NCBI GenBank assembly: GCA_977017645.1 | Contig: OZ360235.1 | Coordinates: 27,404,001 to 27,468,000 of the forward strand | DNA: 64,000 bases | Direction: 5' to 3' | Source of the DNA: Torpedo marmorata | Lineage: Eukaryota | Part shown: piece after piece, positions 62,030 through 64,000 of the stretch | How positions within the stretch are numbered: position 1 is the stretch's first letter | How the letters are laid out: each line of letters opens with the position of its first letter | Made by a program: the position numbers and the translations under genes | Notes under the pieces: generated by a model | Databases searched by the model: none | What the model was told of the DNA's origin: nothing | What the model saw: the letters and a program-made list of their open reading frames with translations, nothing else

Positions 62030-62179
62030 CAGTGGTTCTCAACCTTTTTTTTCCCACAAACGTACCACCTTAAGTAATCCCTTACTAACCACAGAGCACC
62101 TATGGCATAGGTGCTCTGTAGTTAGTAAGGGATTACTTAAGGTGGTACTTGAGTGGAAAAATAAGGTTGAGAACCACTG
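62030..62179. mobile_element. 150-bp palindromic hAT MITE (monomer unit)
   Basis: TIRs cagtggttctcaacctt and aaggttgagaaccactg; near-complete fold-back; no matching TSD seen. Confidence 0.88.
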
Positions 62180-62670
62180 ACTTACCACAATGCCAAAGAG
62201 ATAGGTATCTGATCAGTGTGATAGTATGCAAGGAGAGAATTTCTCCTAATTTTAAGTAGTAAGGACAATCATAAGATGATACCCTGATGCAAGAGAATAT
62301 TTGATTCAATTTACAAATATTTAATAGGTACGGAAATCAATTAAGAGGCAGCAAACCTGAGTGAAATAGGTCATTAATTAATCAACAAATCAAATTGCTT
62401 AGACTAGTAAGTGATATCCATGGTATTCAAATAGGGAATCTAAACTATATCCTAAAATCAAGAATCTTACAAAAAGGCAGACCATTGAACAGTTGTTTGG
62501 ATGTTGAAAACTCATTTACATTTTCCTAAGGGAACTTCAAGAGGAAAGAATACTAAGACCAGGACACTTGCTATAGTGTTTTTGAGCAGGCTTTTCTGTT
62601 GGCACCAGTTTCCAGAAGAATAGACCTCAGTTCGTGAGACTATTGAAGTACAGGGGAGAATTGTACTTAC

Positions 62671-62747
62671 TGACACATAGCTAGCATTGATGAAATCAGA
62701 CCCTGGGACACCGGCCTCAAGCATAAGTTTCACTCTGTTGTTATTGT
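62671..62747 (-). CDS. PTPRQ: PTPRQ exon (77 bp), early phosphatase domain; the gene continues beyond the window
   Basis: (Y)NNNRVKLMLEAGVPGSDFINASYVS; ttttctgcag and gtaag boundaries. Confidence 0.95.
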
Positions 62748-62814
62748 CTGCAGAAAAGTCAAATAAGGACATTGATAATTATTACACAGTTTTGCTGATA
62801 ACCTTTCCTAAACC

Positions 62815-63757
62815 ATGATTATCAACACAGGTGCACCCCAAGGATGCGTGCTTAGTCCATTGCTCTACTCATTATACACCCATGACTGTGTGGCCAGGCA
62901 CAATTCCAATGCCATCTACAAGTTTGCCGATGACACCACAGTTGTCGGCAGAATCACAAACGGCAATGAGGAAGAGTATAGGAGGGAGATAGATCAGCTC
63001 GTTGAATGGTGTAACGACAACAACCTTGAGCTCAATGTCAGCAAAACCAAGGAGATGATTGTGGACTTCAGGAGGAAGTCAGGGGAACACGACCCAGTAC
63101 TCATCAAGGGCTCAGTAGTGGAGAGGGTCAAGAACTTCAAATTCCTGGGTATCAACATCTCCGAGGATCTGTCCTGGAGCATCCACGTTGATGCAATCAC
63201 AAAGAAGGCTCGTCAGCGGCTATACTTTGTGAGGTGTCTGAGGAGATTCGGTATGTCACCAAAGACTCTCGTAAACCTCTACAGGTGTACCGTGGAGAGC
63301 ATTCTGGCTGGTTGCATCACTGCCTGGTATGGAGGATCCAACTCTTAGGACAAGAGTAAACTCCAGAGGGTTGTTAACTCGGCCTGTGACATCACAGGCA
63401 CCAAACTTCACTCCATCGAGCACATCTACATGAGGCGGTGTCTTAAAAAAGCAGCCTCTATCCTCAATGACCCCCACCACCCAGGCCATGCCCTCTTCAC
63501 TCTGCTACCATCGGGAAAAAGATACAGGAGCCTAAAGACGAGCTCTCAACGGCACAAGGACAGCGTCTTCCCCGCTGCCATCAGATTCCTGAATAATCAA
63601 TGAACCAAAGACACTGCCTTACTTTTCGGGCACTATTATTTATAATTTTTTATAGTAATGTCGTAAGATGGTTATAATATGAATGTTAATTGCTCTATGA
63701 TGCTGCCGCAAAACACCGAATTTCACGACTTGTTCATGACAATAAATTCTGATTCTG
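62815..63757 (+). mobile_element. 5'-truncated Rex1/Babar LINE (family A), antisense in a PTPRQ intron
   Basis: ORF 62815-63348 ([20 protein letters not shown]) with a premature stop; tail aataaattctgattctg. Confidence 0.95.
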
Positions 63758-64000
63758 TTAGTCTTAATAAATGGAGCACACCAACTCAGAACACCTGTTT
63801 GAAATCATTTATACTGCAAATCAAAGATACGTTATAAAAGGGACATTTTGCTCTCTCTATCTTGCACATGGTTAATGCCTAAAATAATAAGAGTATTTCT
63901 TCCCTATTAAGTTAAAATTGAAGTAGTGATGATGATGGAGATATAAATCCAGTTTCTGCTCTGATAAGATCTTAGTTCATAGTCCATGACAAACACCATT

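Overview
Vertebrate genomic DNA. The repeat content (HE1/V-SINE, Deu-SINE, Penelope-like, CR1 and Rex1/Babar elements) points to a cartilaginous fish, probably a ray or skate; this is an inference. The window holds the conserved PTPRQ-MYF6(MRF4)-MYF5 locus, with all three genes on the minus strand. It contains the last 7 coding exons of PTPRQ (62747 to 49333, phosphatase domain with the WPE loop), the complete 3-exon MYF6 (31166 to 29982, 245 aa) and the complete 3-exon MYF5 (11807 to 7243, 250 aa; a 154-N gap lies in intron 1). I read all exon boundaries from GT/AG sites, and the phases join without frameshifts. The remainder is TE-rich: nested Rex1/Babar and CR1 LINEs, Penelope-like elements, hAT and Tc1/pogo MITEs, a Chapaev3 remnant and an R2/Hero-type fragment. 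I found no wholly new gene system. The best leads are: variant minimal hammerhead-ribozyme motifs (UUGA core) in the Penelope repeats, a parallel Cys-to-Tyr change in helix III of both Myf5 and Myf6, a fold-back insertion footprint in Myf5 intron 1, a size series of hAT MITEs down to 37 bp, and several candidate enhancers. TE boundaries are approximate unless a TIR or TSD is quoted.
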